A stretch of 41,132 nucleotides of DNA from a virus (taxonomy: Duplodnaviria; Caudoviricetes), in the IMG/VR virus record IMGVR_UViG_3300044657_000526, positions 1 to 41,132 of that record. One strand, written 5' to 3'. The translations under genes and the position numbers were made by a program. Positions 26,978 through 35,835 of the stretch are shown here, one piece after another (position 1 is the stretch's first letter; each line of letters begins with the position of its first letter). The notes beneath the pieces are model-generated. The model did no database searches, was not told the origin of the DNA, and was given only the letters and a program-made list of their open reading frames with translations.

Positions 26978-28627
26978 TTATACCGCATGCCCTCTAGGTG
27001 TTCTCCGCGGTCGACTACTATCTAACAGAGAAGGCTTATCTGTCTCATATGAGTTAACCGCTATTTGCCGCAAGACATCCGCACCATGCGAGTACTCATC
27101 ATGCCGTGGTGTTTTCTTCCACACCCTCAGGTTATCATCCCACTCTTTTGAGTAGTTATTTAAGCAATCTATGATATACTCACATTTAGGGTCGATAGCC
27201 ATACGCGGAATCATGCGACGTGTAGCTTCTATACCTGCTTCTATGCCTGTTTTAGGTAGGATTGTTATGTTAGCAGATATGCGTTCCGCAGTAAAGTACT
27301 CACGTAGCATATCTTCCCTTGACTTAGCTAAGCCTCCATAGCCACCTGACCCAAGCTCTCGAACAGACATATCGTGCGGGCAGTTATAATTAGTTATACG
27401 GTACCCGCGCCCTTCGATAACATCGACGTAGTGCGTTAGCGCATAGTTATTGTTCCAGTACTCATCGATGATACGCCACTCACCACGCCACCACTGTACA
27501 AAGATAACTACAAAGTAGTCACTGACACCTAAATCCAGGTACACTTCTGTATCGATATTCGGGTCGTACATGTCAGTACGCACACGGCCCTTGCGCACAC
27601 AGGACTCATTGAACAGTCTAGAGTAATAAGTGCCGTCACGGGCTGCTGTAAATGCCTCCTCAGGTGTGGCTGGGTACTCCTGGAAGATATCCCCACCGAG
27701 CTCTCGTCGCTGTGCTATCCAGAAGTTACGCTGCTCAGGAGATACCACCACACCCAGCTTCTGCTCTAGCTCTTCGAAGTATTCCCTGGCTTCTTTGTCC
27801 TCGGCTTGTGGGACATCAAGCAGACAGTCAGGGTCGTCCAGCCAGGATAAGAACACTGGATAAAAATCCTTGGGTGACATCTGGCCGCTGTTAACTACTA
27901 GCTGTGCAGAGTCCCACATAAATTTGAACTCGTTACGTCCCTCAGCCGTGGACTCGATGACGCCCGTGTTGCCCTTGCCGAGCGCCTGCAATGTACCGGT
28001 CTTGGTTTCGTTGGCGCGCTTTGGGTTAGCATTAGCTATCTTACCGAACTCTGAGATGTGTAAGCGCTGTAGAGTTGTCGACCGGAACGATACACGGATA
28101 AACATCGTGCACTTGTTCGAGAAGGCAAACTCCTTGGTGTTATCTTTAGTTAGGCGGACATTCATGAACGCTTTGATGGACTGGTTAAGGTTGTCCCACA
28201 GGAACTTCGCACGCTCTAGAAGTGTAGATGCTTCATCGGTACCCTGGGCCATGAGACCTATGTTGAGTAACTTACCGAACACTGCATCATCGAAGTAACT
28301 AACAAGCCACAGCGTAGATATACCCTGTTGTCTGGACTTGAGTATGATAACACGAGAGTGTAGTCTGGTAGCTGCATATACTTTGTGCTGCGCATAGTTC
28401 ATGCGGAACACAACAGCATTACCGTCCTTGTTAACAATCTTGTAGATGTTATTGATGCGCCACAATTTAGACTTCAGGTAGGTCTGCTCGAAGCGCTCCT
28501 TGGTGATACCAGGTGGCGGCGGTGTGTTAAACCAGTCGTAATGACCTACCAGGTCTGGGTATATCTCGTTAAACTGTTCTTCAGTAATCCGTAGATTTGT
28601 TGGCTTGTCCGCTACTAATTGCGACAT
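26978..28627 (-). CDS. terL: Terminase large subunit
   Basis: MNYAQ, KSRQQGIST Walker A, LHISE Walker B, ESTAEG, LDLG and SHGAD nuclease motifs. Confidence 0.92.
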   Translation of the reverse strand: MSQLVADKPTNLRITEEQFNEIYPDLVGHYDWFNTPPPPGITKERFEQTYLKSKLWRINNIYKIVNKDGNAVVFRMNYAQHKVYAATRLHSRVIILKSRQQGISTLWLVSYFDDAVFGKLLNIGLMAQGTDEASTLLERAKFLWDNLNQSIKAFMNVRLTKDNTKEFAFSNKCTMFIRVSFRSTTLQRLHISEFGKIANANPKRANETKTGTLQALGKGNTGVIESTAEGRNEFKFMWDSAQLVVNSGQMSPKDFYPVFLSWLDDPDCLLDVPQAEDKEAREYFEELEQKLGVVVSPEQRNFWIAQRRELGGDIFQEYPATPEEAFTAARDGTYYSRLFNESCVRKGRVRTDMYDPNIDTEVYLDLGVSDYFVVIFVQWWRGEWRIIDEYWNNNYALTHYVDVIEGRGYRITNYNCPHDMSVRELGSGGYGGLAKSREDMLREYFTAERISANITILPKTGIEAGIEATRRMIPRMAIDPKCEYIIDCLNNYSKEWDDNLRVWKKTPRHDEYSHGADVLRQIAVNSYETDKPSLLDSSRPRRTPRGHAV

Positions 28628-29142
28628 CAAGCACCTCCAGGTGTGTCGGTCAGGAACTCCGTATACGCACTGGCTTCACCACCCACATTATTTTGGATGT
28701 TAAGTTGGACGCCAGACTTATTGAAGAACGCGTTGCGTATCTCGCACAATGCCTTAGTTAGCTCGGTCAGCTCCGACACGTGCTCTATAGTGCTAACCAT
28801 CGTGCGGATGCGGTTGTTCATGTGCGACGCAGTCTGTAACAACTCGGTATCAAGTCGCTCCAGGCCGGCTACACCCTTACTTAATTTAGCTAAGTTCTCT
28901 TCCGCCATTGGCTGGAGCTCTTCAGGCAGGTCTTTAACTAGCTTTTCAGCCATCAGCTCGACAGCGGCGTCAGGCAGGTGTAGTAACGAGTTTAATCTTC
29001 CTTCTGCAGTAGCTGCGCGCAACTCAGAACGGTACTTGATAACTTTAGAGTAACTTATGTCAAGCTCTTCTGCTATTACTTTAGGGTCTGCACCTTCATG
29101 TAAAGCTACTAGAACCTGGTACTTAATTGCTTCGTTGCTCAT
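28627..29142 (-). CDS. terS: Terminase small subunit
   Basis: N-terminal HTH (PKVIAEELDISYSKV), helical body, TGATG coupling to terL. Confidence 0.72.
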   Translation of the reverse strand: MSNEAIKYQVLVALHEGADPKVIAEELDISYSKVIKYRSELRAATAEGRLNSLLHLPDAAVELMAEKLVKDLPEELQPMAEENLAKLSKGVAGLERLDTELLQTASHMNNRIRTMVSTIEHVSELTELTKALCEIRNAFFNKSGVQLNIQNNVGGEASAYTEFLTDTPGGA

Positions 29143-29278
29143 TCTCCCACTCCTTTAGCTTAGTTAGTACGATGTGGCTGAAGTTGATGCCTCTATCACT
29201 GCAATATTTCTTGATGCGTTCGACATCTTCGGTGTCCCTTGGCTTGGAACCTTTAGTAGAGAAAGTAAAAATAGCCAT
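29123..29278 (-). CDS. Ribbon-helix-helix-like regulator (51 aa), not in ORF track
   Basis: MAIFTFSTK...DVERIKKYCSDRGINFSHIVLTKLKEW; AGGAG RBS. Confidence 0.65.
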   Translation of the reverse strand: MAIFTFSTKGSKPRDTEDVERIKKYCSDRGINFSHIVLTKLKEWENEQRSN

Positions 29279-29305
29279 TGTGAGCTCCTAAATTAATTTC
29301 TCTTC

Positions 29306-29349
29306 ATTATATATAAGGGGTTTACATCTGTAAATAGACATGTTAAATT
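29306..29349. promoter_or_regulatory. Overlapping divergent promoters for the terminase and structural operons
   Basis: Plus: TTTACA(29321)-17-TAAATT with TGn; minus: TTTACA(29334)-17-TATAAT; the two -35 boxes form the inverted repeat TTTACA-TC-TGTAAA. Confidence 0.7.
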
Positions 29350-29388
29350 TATATAAGATTTTTAACCACAACTAAAAGGTAATTACCG

Positions 29389-30084
29389 ATGGGTACTCCT
29401 ACTGATATTGAAGAACAAGTAAATGCAGCTATTAATAATCGTACTGAAGTTGACGGAAAGATGCAATTCGCAGCTGACCTTGACCCTTTGGTGCAATTCG
29501 CAGCAAACGCAGAAATTCGTCGCCGTGACACACAAGCATCGTATACAAAGACCCAGCAGAAGAACTTGGCTCTAGAAGCTGAGAACGAGCACCTGGCAAG
29601 CACCTGGGAAAAAGAAGTTGCGCGCTCGCTTACTGTAGAGCAACAGAACGAGCTTGATGAACTTAAGCACACCGACGTTGAGTTATGGCGTGAGAAGATT
29701 AACGAGTACGAAAGCAGCAACTCTACTCGTGTCCGCACAAAACGCGCTGAAATTAAAGATACTGTTGTTAAAGAAACAGAGTTACAGCAACGCACTCGCT
29801 TGTTAGAAGAGTACAACACAGCTAATCCTGACCTTGCGCTAACTGATGACGTTATCGACAACGACATCCCACCACGTATAACTAAAGAATTAGCTGAAGG
29901 TAAAATCACTTTTGACCAGTACATTGACAAATGTGCAACCTTTTTGTCTAAAGGTAAAGTTATTCACCCAGGCGAACAAGCACCGGGTGACCCTGACTTA
30001 TCTAAGACACCTGGTCGCGGCACCCCAGACCCTAAGGCAGTGGGCCAAGCGGCAACTGATTCTTACAGTAAAGAGATTTATTAA
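29389..30084 (+). CDS. Capsid scaffolding protein
   Basis: Acidic coiled-coil with RRRDTQASYTK, directly upstream of the major capsid gene. Confidence 0.72.
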   Translation: MGTPTDIEEQVNAAINNRTEVDGKMQFAADLDPLVQFAANAEIRRRDTQASYTKTQQKNLALEAENEHLASTWEKEVARSLTVEQQNELDELKHTDVELWREKINEYESSNSTRVRTKRAEIKDTVVKETELQQRTRLLEEYNTANPDLALTDDVIDNDIPPRITKELAEGKITFDQYIDKCATFLSKGKVIHPGEQAPGDPDLSKTPGRGTPDPKAVGQAATDSYSKEIY

Positions 30085-30094
30085 ATTTAATAAA

Positions 30095-30123
30095 TGTACA
30101 ATGTATTGATTTTGTACTATATT
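30095..30123 (+). promoter_or_regulatory. Putative capsid promoter overlapping an IHF consensus
   Basis: TGTACA-17-TATATT; reverse-strand AATCAATACATTG at 30099-30111. Confidence 0.4.
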
Positions 30124-30130
30124 ATATGTA

Positions 30131-30236
30131 GCGGTACGTAGCATTTATCTCTGTATACAGACTAGAGTAAGCCTACACCAGATAATATCCTGACGGACTC
30201 GTTATCATAAGTACTGAAATAACCGTGCGCAAGCAC
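30131..30236 (+). ncRNA. Putative structured 5' leader of major capsid mRNA
   Basis: Several nested stems and a GCAA tetraloop hairpin found by eye. Confidence 0.4.
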
Positions 30237-30260
30237 TAACTTAAATATTAGGAGCTAATT

Positions 30261-31436
30261 ATGGCAACTGGTGTAGTCCGTCTGGACTCTGACCTGAAGC
30301 GCAAGAAGTGGATGCGTGAAGGCTTGGTACAAAAGGCAAGTACGTCGTTCTGGACCCCGTTCACGGGTAACAGCAAAACGTCTATTGTTTACCAAGAAAA
30401 CAATGAAAACTCTGGCTCAGGCCACACAGTAGTATTTGACTTTAATGGTAACCTTGCAGGTAAAGCAATCAAAGGTAAAAATACTGCATTCGGTAAAGGC
30501 GAACAGAAGAAGAAATTCTCTGACAAAATTACTGTTGAGCGTTACCGCCTGGTAGCAGACAATGGTGATTCGTTTGATGCTGTAGACATTGGTGATTTAT
30601 CAATCAGTCAACACAGTGACTCACGTTCAAAGTTAGGTGATTTATTCGTACGCTTTAAAGACCAATCAATTTTTGATGCTGCCCAGGGTAACATCATTAC
30701 TAATGATTCTGGTATTCAAGCTCCATCACACGTAATCGATTCAGGTACAACTTTCAACTTCAACACTCTTGTTGATATTGAGAAGATTTTAACTACCTCT
30801 AACGGTTATACAACTGGTGGCAATCGTCGTCCTTTAGATGCATACACCACCTTAAAAGGTGATGGCGGCATGTATGGTCAAGAACCTTGCTGGATTTTCG
30901 TAATTGACGCGGCTATGGCCAACTTATTACGTAAAGACGTTGCAGGTTACCAAACTATCATGAAAGACGCTGACATTCGTGGTCAAAATAACCGTAACAT
31001 CAAAGGTGTATTCGGTAAGATTGGCCGCTTAATGATTGTTGAAGCTGGTCAATTCTTTGGTGAAACTGCTGGTTCTGGTGCTGGTTGGGGCTTAGATGAC
31101 TCAGGTATCGAAATTGCTGGCTTACGTCAATATGACGGTGCAAACCCTACGACTGCTCTTTGGACTGGTCAAGAAGGTTTTGACTACTCTTCAACTAACT
31201 TACATTCACGTGGCTTATTAATGGGTCAAGGTGCTATGCAGTTAGCTATGGGTAAACAGCCTGATTACAAGTTCAAAACTTCACAAGATTTTGACATCAA
31301 GTCTGAATCTGCTGTTGAGTTCTGGATGGAAGCTCGTAAGACTAACCTTAAAGCTGAAAACGACAAATACAAGCAAGCTAAAATCTCTGGTTTAGATTTT
31401 GGTGTAGTTGCATTTGACGTCCAAGTTCAATCTTAG
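30261..31436 (+). CDS. Major capsid protein (N4-gp56-like family)
   Basis: 391 aa, strong AGGAG RBS, biased codon use, KKW...GHTVVF..L.G...G.GE and final GVVAFD; followed by decoration gene and terminator. Confidence 0.82.
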   Translation: MATGVVRLDSDLKRKKWMREGLVQKASTSFWTPFTGNSKTSIVYQENNENSGSGHTVVFDFNGNLAGKAIKGKNTAFGKGEQKKKFSDKITVERYRLVADNGDSFDAVDIGDLSISQHSDSRSKLGDLFVRFKDQSIFDAAQGNIITNDSGIQAPSHVIDSGTTFNFNTLVDIEKILTTSNGYTTGGNRRPLDAYTTLKGDGGMYGQEPCWIFVIDAAMANLLRKDVAGYQTIMKDADIRGQNNRNIKGVFGKIGRLMIVEAGQFFGETAGSGAGWGLDDSGIEIAGLRQYDGANPTTALWTGQEGFDYSSTNLHSRGLLMGQGAMQLAMGKQPDYKFKTSQDFDIKSESAVEFWMEARKTNLKAENDKYKQAKISGLDFGVVAFDVQVQS

Positions 31437-31445
31437 GAGTAGAAC

Positions 31446-31868
31446 ATGGCTAACAAGAACGTAACTCGCGCGGGTGACGCGCATCAAAAGAAAACGTTGT
31501 CTTTGTTTTGTGTAGCTATTGGCGTAGACTCTGCTGACACATTCAATGACGCTTCAGATAACTACTTAGTTGGTTATTTGCCACCTAACGCTGTAATTAC
31601 TGCTGCATATGTTAACACGAAAGTGATTTCAGATGCAGCTACAGTAACTGTTGGTACTACTGAAGGTGGAACAGAGATTCTATCTGCAGGTACTACTGCT
31701 GCGGTAGGCATTAATGGTACATTTACTGGTCGTTCAGACACAGGTACGGGTGTTCCTATTCATGTCACTTTAGGTGCTGTTGTTACCACTGGTGACGTTC
31801 GTGTTGTTATCGAGTATGACGAATACGAATTGAATACTGGTGAAATGACCAAGATAGATAATATCTAG
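31446..31868 (+). CDS. Putative capsid decoration/cement protein
   Basis: Beta-rich, LPPNAVI..TVTVGT..VRVVIEY; co-transcribed with capsid gene. Confidence 0.6.
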   Translation: MANKNVTRAGDAHQKKTLSLFCVAIGVDSADTFNDASDNYLVGYLPPNAVITAAYVNTKVISDAATVTVGTTEGGTEILSAGTTAAVGINGTFTGRSDTGTGVPIHVTLGAVVTTGDVRVVIEYDEYELNTGEMTKIDNI

Positions 31869-31873
31869 TCAAT

Positions 31874-31902
31874 CTGGGACCTTCGGGTCCCAGTACTTAT
31901 TT
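31874..31902 (+). terminator. Intrinsic terminator after capsid genes
   Basis: CTGGGACC-TTCG-GGTCCCAG followed by TACTTATTT. Confidence 0.8.
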
Positions 31903-31913
31903 ATAGGTGAGCT

Positions 31914-32846
31914 ATGGCAACCCGTATCGAAACAATTTTATTACGAGCGAGAGATACTTTAGCTGACCCGAATGGTGAGCGTTGGTCTACAGATAGACTC
32001 TTACGCTTGTTAGACGAAGGCCAGAAAGATGTAGCTAAGCACACTAAGCTATTGAAAGGCCAAACCACTATTCCTCTAGTTGAAGGCCAGGCTATATATG
32101 AGCTTCCTTCAGACGTATGGTTAATCACCCGAGCAGCTTTTGATGACTGTCGCATTTCCTTATACACTTACGACCAACTAGATGAGCTAGTACGTACACG
32201 TGCATTAGATAACAATTATGACCGTTACAATGAACGTGGCAACAGCTACAATTCCAGTGAACCAGGCTTTGGTGGCTACTGTTGGGAAACTGACACAGGC
32301 GCAGAAGTACAAGCTTTAGTTTATGACCGCAGAAACTTAAATGAGATTCGGGTATATCCAATACCTAATGAAGACATCTCAACCAATTCTTATACCTTTG
32401 AGACTGACGACCCTGAATTTGAAGGTGCAGAGCTTTTAGGTGTTACCGCAGATATTACTGACTATAGCTTCGACACTGTGTTTGGTGTTGTTACAGAGCT
32501 ATATGACCCTCAGGTAGAAATAGAAAACTTCCAGGAAATATACGGTGTTCTTACAGGCATAAATGAGTCTGAAGGTGTTATAAACATTTGGTATATTAAA
32601 ATGCCAACTGAGATAACTACAGTTGACGACACTTTAGAAACGCCTGCAATGTTCGACACCGCGCTTAAGCACTACCTGGTAGCGAACGCATTCGATGATG
32701 ACTATGACACCCGCTTTGCAGAAAAGTCAGCTAAAGCTTTAGTTTACTACGAGCGTGAGCTAGGTATCGCACAAGACACCCAGGCTAATGACGGCGTACG
32801 TGATAGCCAGGTAAATACAACAGATTACAGAGGAGCATTTAGCTAA
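31914..32846 (+). CDS. Head-tail adaptor protein
   Basis: RARDTLAD...RWS...LDEGQ, YELPSD, IRVYPIP, ALKHYLV pattern; position after capsid genes. Confidence 0.7.
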   Translation: MATRIETILLRARDTLADPNGERWSTDRLLRLLDEGQKDVAKHTKLLKGQTTIPLVEGQAIYELPSDVWLITRAAFDDCRISLYTYDQLDELVRTRALDNNYDRYNERGNSYNSSEPGFGGYCWETDTGAEVQALVYDRRNLNEIRVYPIPNEDISTNSYTFETDDPEFEGAELLGVTADITDYSFDTVFGVVTELYDPQVEIENFQEIYGVLTGINESEGVINIWYIKMPTEITTVDDTLETPAMFDTALKHYLVANAFDDDYDTRFAEKSAKALVYYERELGIAQDTQANDGVRDSQVNTTDYRGAFS

Positions 32847-35263
32847 TGGCTGACCAAAGAGTAGTCCGCAAATCCCTTGCAGGACAAGACGACTTGCTAT
32901 TTGGTGAAGGCCAAGAAGCTCAAGTGCGTGCAGGTGGTAATTATAACATCCAGAAGAACCGGGTGATATACCCTGTTAACTCTCTGGCTGAACTAAATGC
33001 CCTTGACCCAGAAAAGTTCCCTAAAGCACAGTTATATGAGAATGACTTAGTTACCTCATATCTGTACAACCCAAGTACAGAGCAATACGAGCGCATAGAC
33101 TTTGACATAGACTACTTAATAATTAACGACCTATCTCAAGCCTATATATTTGATACTGTAGCTTTATACAAAGCCAGCACTATTGAATTTCCCGTTGGTA
33201 AAACTATTCACTTAAATGATAGAAATGCTGATTTTACTATTATTAGTGGTACGGGTACAGCGAACACGTTTAATGTGATTGCAAATACCACAACATCTCA
33301 AAGTATTGATTTAATAATTACATCTACATCAGATTTAAGGAACTTTGGTGCATCAAGTGCTGCATCATCAGAAGAAGTTAACACACTAGCTTTAACAACT
33401 GCGTTAAGCGTGTCGAATGGGGTTGTGATTAGTGGCGATTATGACATAAACACTATGACAGTGGGTTTTGGTAAAACATTGACATTTGTAACGGGCGGTA
33501 AATTGACCGTTGCGGCAAACGAAGTTCTGACAGTTCTCGGTATTATCAATGCTGATTATGACCAATGGATATTAGATGCTATTGACGAAGCGACTAACTT
33601 TTCAGACCCAGAAGGTTTAATTGGACCAGTAGAAAACACAGCAACACCGATTATTATCGGGACAATAGATAACTCCGTATATCTTGAAACAGGTATGGGT
33701 AAAAAGGTTTCTGTTAAATGGTTCGGGGCTACTGGCGCAGGTATGAAGCTCGATACTTATAATGATTATTTTACAGATATATTATTGCCGCCTGACCAGT
33801 TTATTAATGATACAAAAGCAATTAGACTAGCATTAACCGCCTTAGCTAAAGATGCGTTTGCAGGTAGTTTAGCGGGTAGTTATGCTGGCTCTAATATATT
33901 ATATTTTCCAGCAGGAATGTATTGTGTTGACGATGATTTGTATGTTAGCGGTGGCACGACACTGATTGGTGACGCTCCAATGCGACCCAATAGGGCTACT
34001 GGTATACTACAAACTAACCACAATAAAAACTTATTGGTATTGCAAGCTCGTGGTATTGGTGGGCTTGGTGGCGGTGGCACCTCTCATGTGGCTAAAGATT
34101 TAACTCTTGGTTACAGAGCATGCTCTGTCTCAATACCTGAGCCAATCGCTATAATTAAATTTGTAGATAATAAGTTTAATTTAGATTCGTCATTCCACAA
34201 TATAAGATTCTCAAACTGCGCCACACATGGCGCGGTCGTTCTCGTAAATTCAAAAGAAGCTCGCTCGTACCTAACACCAGCAAATGACTCCAACAAGGAT
34301 TGGGGTTACGGCTCTGAAAGTGGACTCAGAGTAACAGCTCATTTTTATGATTGCATGTTCGATGTAGCCCAAGGTGTTTCTTTTGACATCGCAGAGGATG
34401 GTAATGTTGAGATGGAGCTAGTTGATTGCCAATTATTCGACCAGCGAGATGGCTTTATTCATGATGCCGCTAAAACAACAAACGCACCTGAGGGTGGCGC
34501 ATCCATATTTACAGTTAAGGGAACTACATTCCAGGGTTGTGGTAGTCCTAATAACTCAACAGCACTATACAGAGCAATGATACATTGTGAAAATAGCGAG
34601 GCTAAGTATTCACTAGATAACTGCGATACATCAACTTACACAGACAGGGTGCCGAAGGGTGGTAGAATATATATGACAGCAGGAAAGTTACTTTCTGTTA
34701 TTAATAGTAGATTAAATAACACTGAGGAAAGCGCATTTTGTTATGCGATGGAGTTAACTGGTTACATAGAAAAACTTAAAATATCTGACAATGTTGTTAC
34801 AAGAATGGGGGTGTCTTCTAACTCATCAATACAGTTCGGTAGTGGTTATTACGGTAAGAGTTTATCAATAGTCAACAACGACTTTTTCTGTGAAAACTTA
34901 GCATCTAACGGGCATTTGTTTTATAACAACCCTCCTAACAACATAGAAACATTTGCCACGCTAAACGGGAACACATTTTCTGAATCTCCTAGAGAGGCGT
35001 TATTCGGAAACCCAAATCCAAACACTAGGATAGATGGTAATTTCTTTGGTACACTACAAAGCAACAAGGCTATATCAGGGGTTAATGTTAACATGAAAGG
35101 CAGGGCGAGCATTTATGTAGCAGGAATACCTACTACTGGGCATGGAGAGCGTGGTGATATAGCGATCGAAGCGTTCCCTGTCGCAGGTGGAAAAGCGTCA
35201 TACATTTGTGTGGCAACAGGTGACCCCGGTACTTGGAAGCCTTACGGTGTAATAGACGCATAA
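32846..35263 (+). CDS. Tailspike / receptor-binding protein 2 (pectate-lyase-like beta-helix)
   Basis: NFGA, VSVKWFGATG, DTKAIRLA, YFPAGMY, TLIG; C-terminal PTTG...GD...GTWKPYG. Confidence 0.85.
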   Translation: MADQRVVRKSLAGQDDLLFGEGQEAQVRAGGNYNIQKNRVIYPVNSLAELNALDPEKFPKAQLYENDLVTSYLYNPSTEQYERIDFDIDYLIINDLSQAYIFDTVALYKASTIEFPVGKTIHLNDRNADFTIISGTGTANTFNVIANTTTSQSIDLIITSTSDLRNFGASSAASSEEVNTLALTTALSVSNGVVISGDYDINTMTVGFGKTLTFVTGGKLTVAANEVLTVLGIINADYDQWILDAIDEATNFSDPEGLIGPVENTATPIIIGTIDNSVYLETGMGKKVSVKWFGATGAGMKLDTYNDYFTDILLPPDQFINDTKAIRLALTALAKDAFAGSLAGSYAGSNILYFPAGMYCVDDDLYVSGGTTLIGDAPMRPNRATGILQTNHNKNLLVLQARGIGGLGGGGTSHVAKDLTLGYRACSVSIPEPIAIIKFVDNKFNLDSSFHNIRFSNCATHGAVVLVNSKEARSYLTPANDSNKDWGYGSESGLRVTAHFYDCMFDVAQGVSFDIAEDGNVEMELVDCQLFDQRDGFIHDAAKTTNAPEGGASIFTVKGTTFQGCGSPNNSTALYRAMIHCENSEAKYSLDNCDTSTYTDRVPKGGRIYMTAGKLLSVINSRLNNTEESAFCYAMELTGYIEKLKISDNVVTRMGVSSNSSIQFGSGYYGKSLSIVNNDFFCENLASNGHLFYNNPPNNIETFATLNGNTFSESPREALFGNPNPNTRIDGNFFGTLQSNKAISGVNVNMKGRASIYVAGIPTTGHGERGDIAIEAFPVAGGKASYICVATGDPGTWKPYGVIDA

Positions 35264-35285
35264 GTTAACGAATGTAACACACTAA

Positions 35286-35501
35286 ACAAAAGTATCTGCC
35301 GCCGACCAATATTGTGTACAGCCTCTTTATGATGGCCCTGTATTTAGAGACTCTAACTGGGATGCAGGCAGATTAGGGGGTTTTAATACAAGGAAGATAA
35401 GCTTTATATCTTTTAATCTAACGTGGTCTGGTTCGCTTGGTTGGAATAAAGCAGGTATAACGTATTTAATTAATAAAGCAGTTGACATCGACTTAACGTA
35501 G
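35286..35501 (+). pseudogene. Start-less 71-codon frame, probable orphaned 3' end of a replaced gene
   Basis: Open frame TKVSAADQY...AVDIDLT ends in TAG 10 nt before the next ATG; no ATG, GTG or TTG in frame. Confidence 0.4.
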
Positions 35502-35511
35502 GAATGGCGGA

Positions 35512-35835
35512 ATGGATAATTGGCAAGCATGGGCAGCAGCGATATTTGGATTTATTCTCTCTCTTTTAGCTGCAAATAATAAGCGCGAGAAGGATAAAGC
35601 TGAGAAGATGCAAACTGACTTCAACCAGCATAGGTTGGAGGTAATGGAACGCATAACTAAGGTTGAGTCTGAGATAATGACTGAAAGAGAGGTTAGGGAG
35701 ATTCTACATGAGTTCTTCCAACCTTTCCAGGCTTCACTAAACAAGATAGACGTCAAGACAGATGCTATCGGGAAAGATATTACAGAGCTACGAGTGGACA
35801 TGGCGTCAACTCGTAAGCGCGCTGGAGATAAGTAA
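35512..35835 (+). CDS. Membrane-anchored coiled-coil protein (possible holin or antiholin)
   Basis: Single N-terminal TM helix WAAAIFGFILSLLA then a charged coiled coil. Confidence 0.55.
   Translation: MDNWQAWAAAIFGFILSLLAANNKREKDKAEKMQTDFNQHRLEVMERITKVESEIMTEREVREILHEFFQPFQASLNKIDVKTDAIGKDITELRVDMASTRKRAGDK

Noticed and set aside
30189-30222. Hammerhead ribozyme in the capsid leader (CTGACGG...GAAA)
   Set aside because: Core is not CUGANGA and no compatible stem II or cleavage triplet could be built
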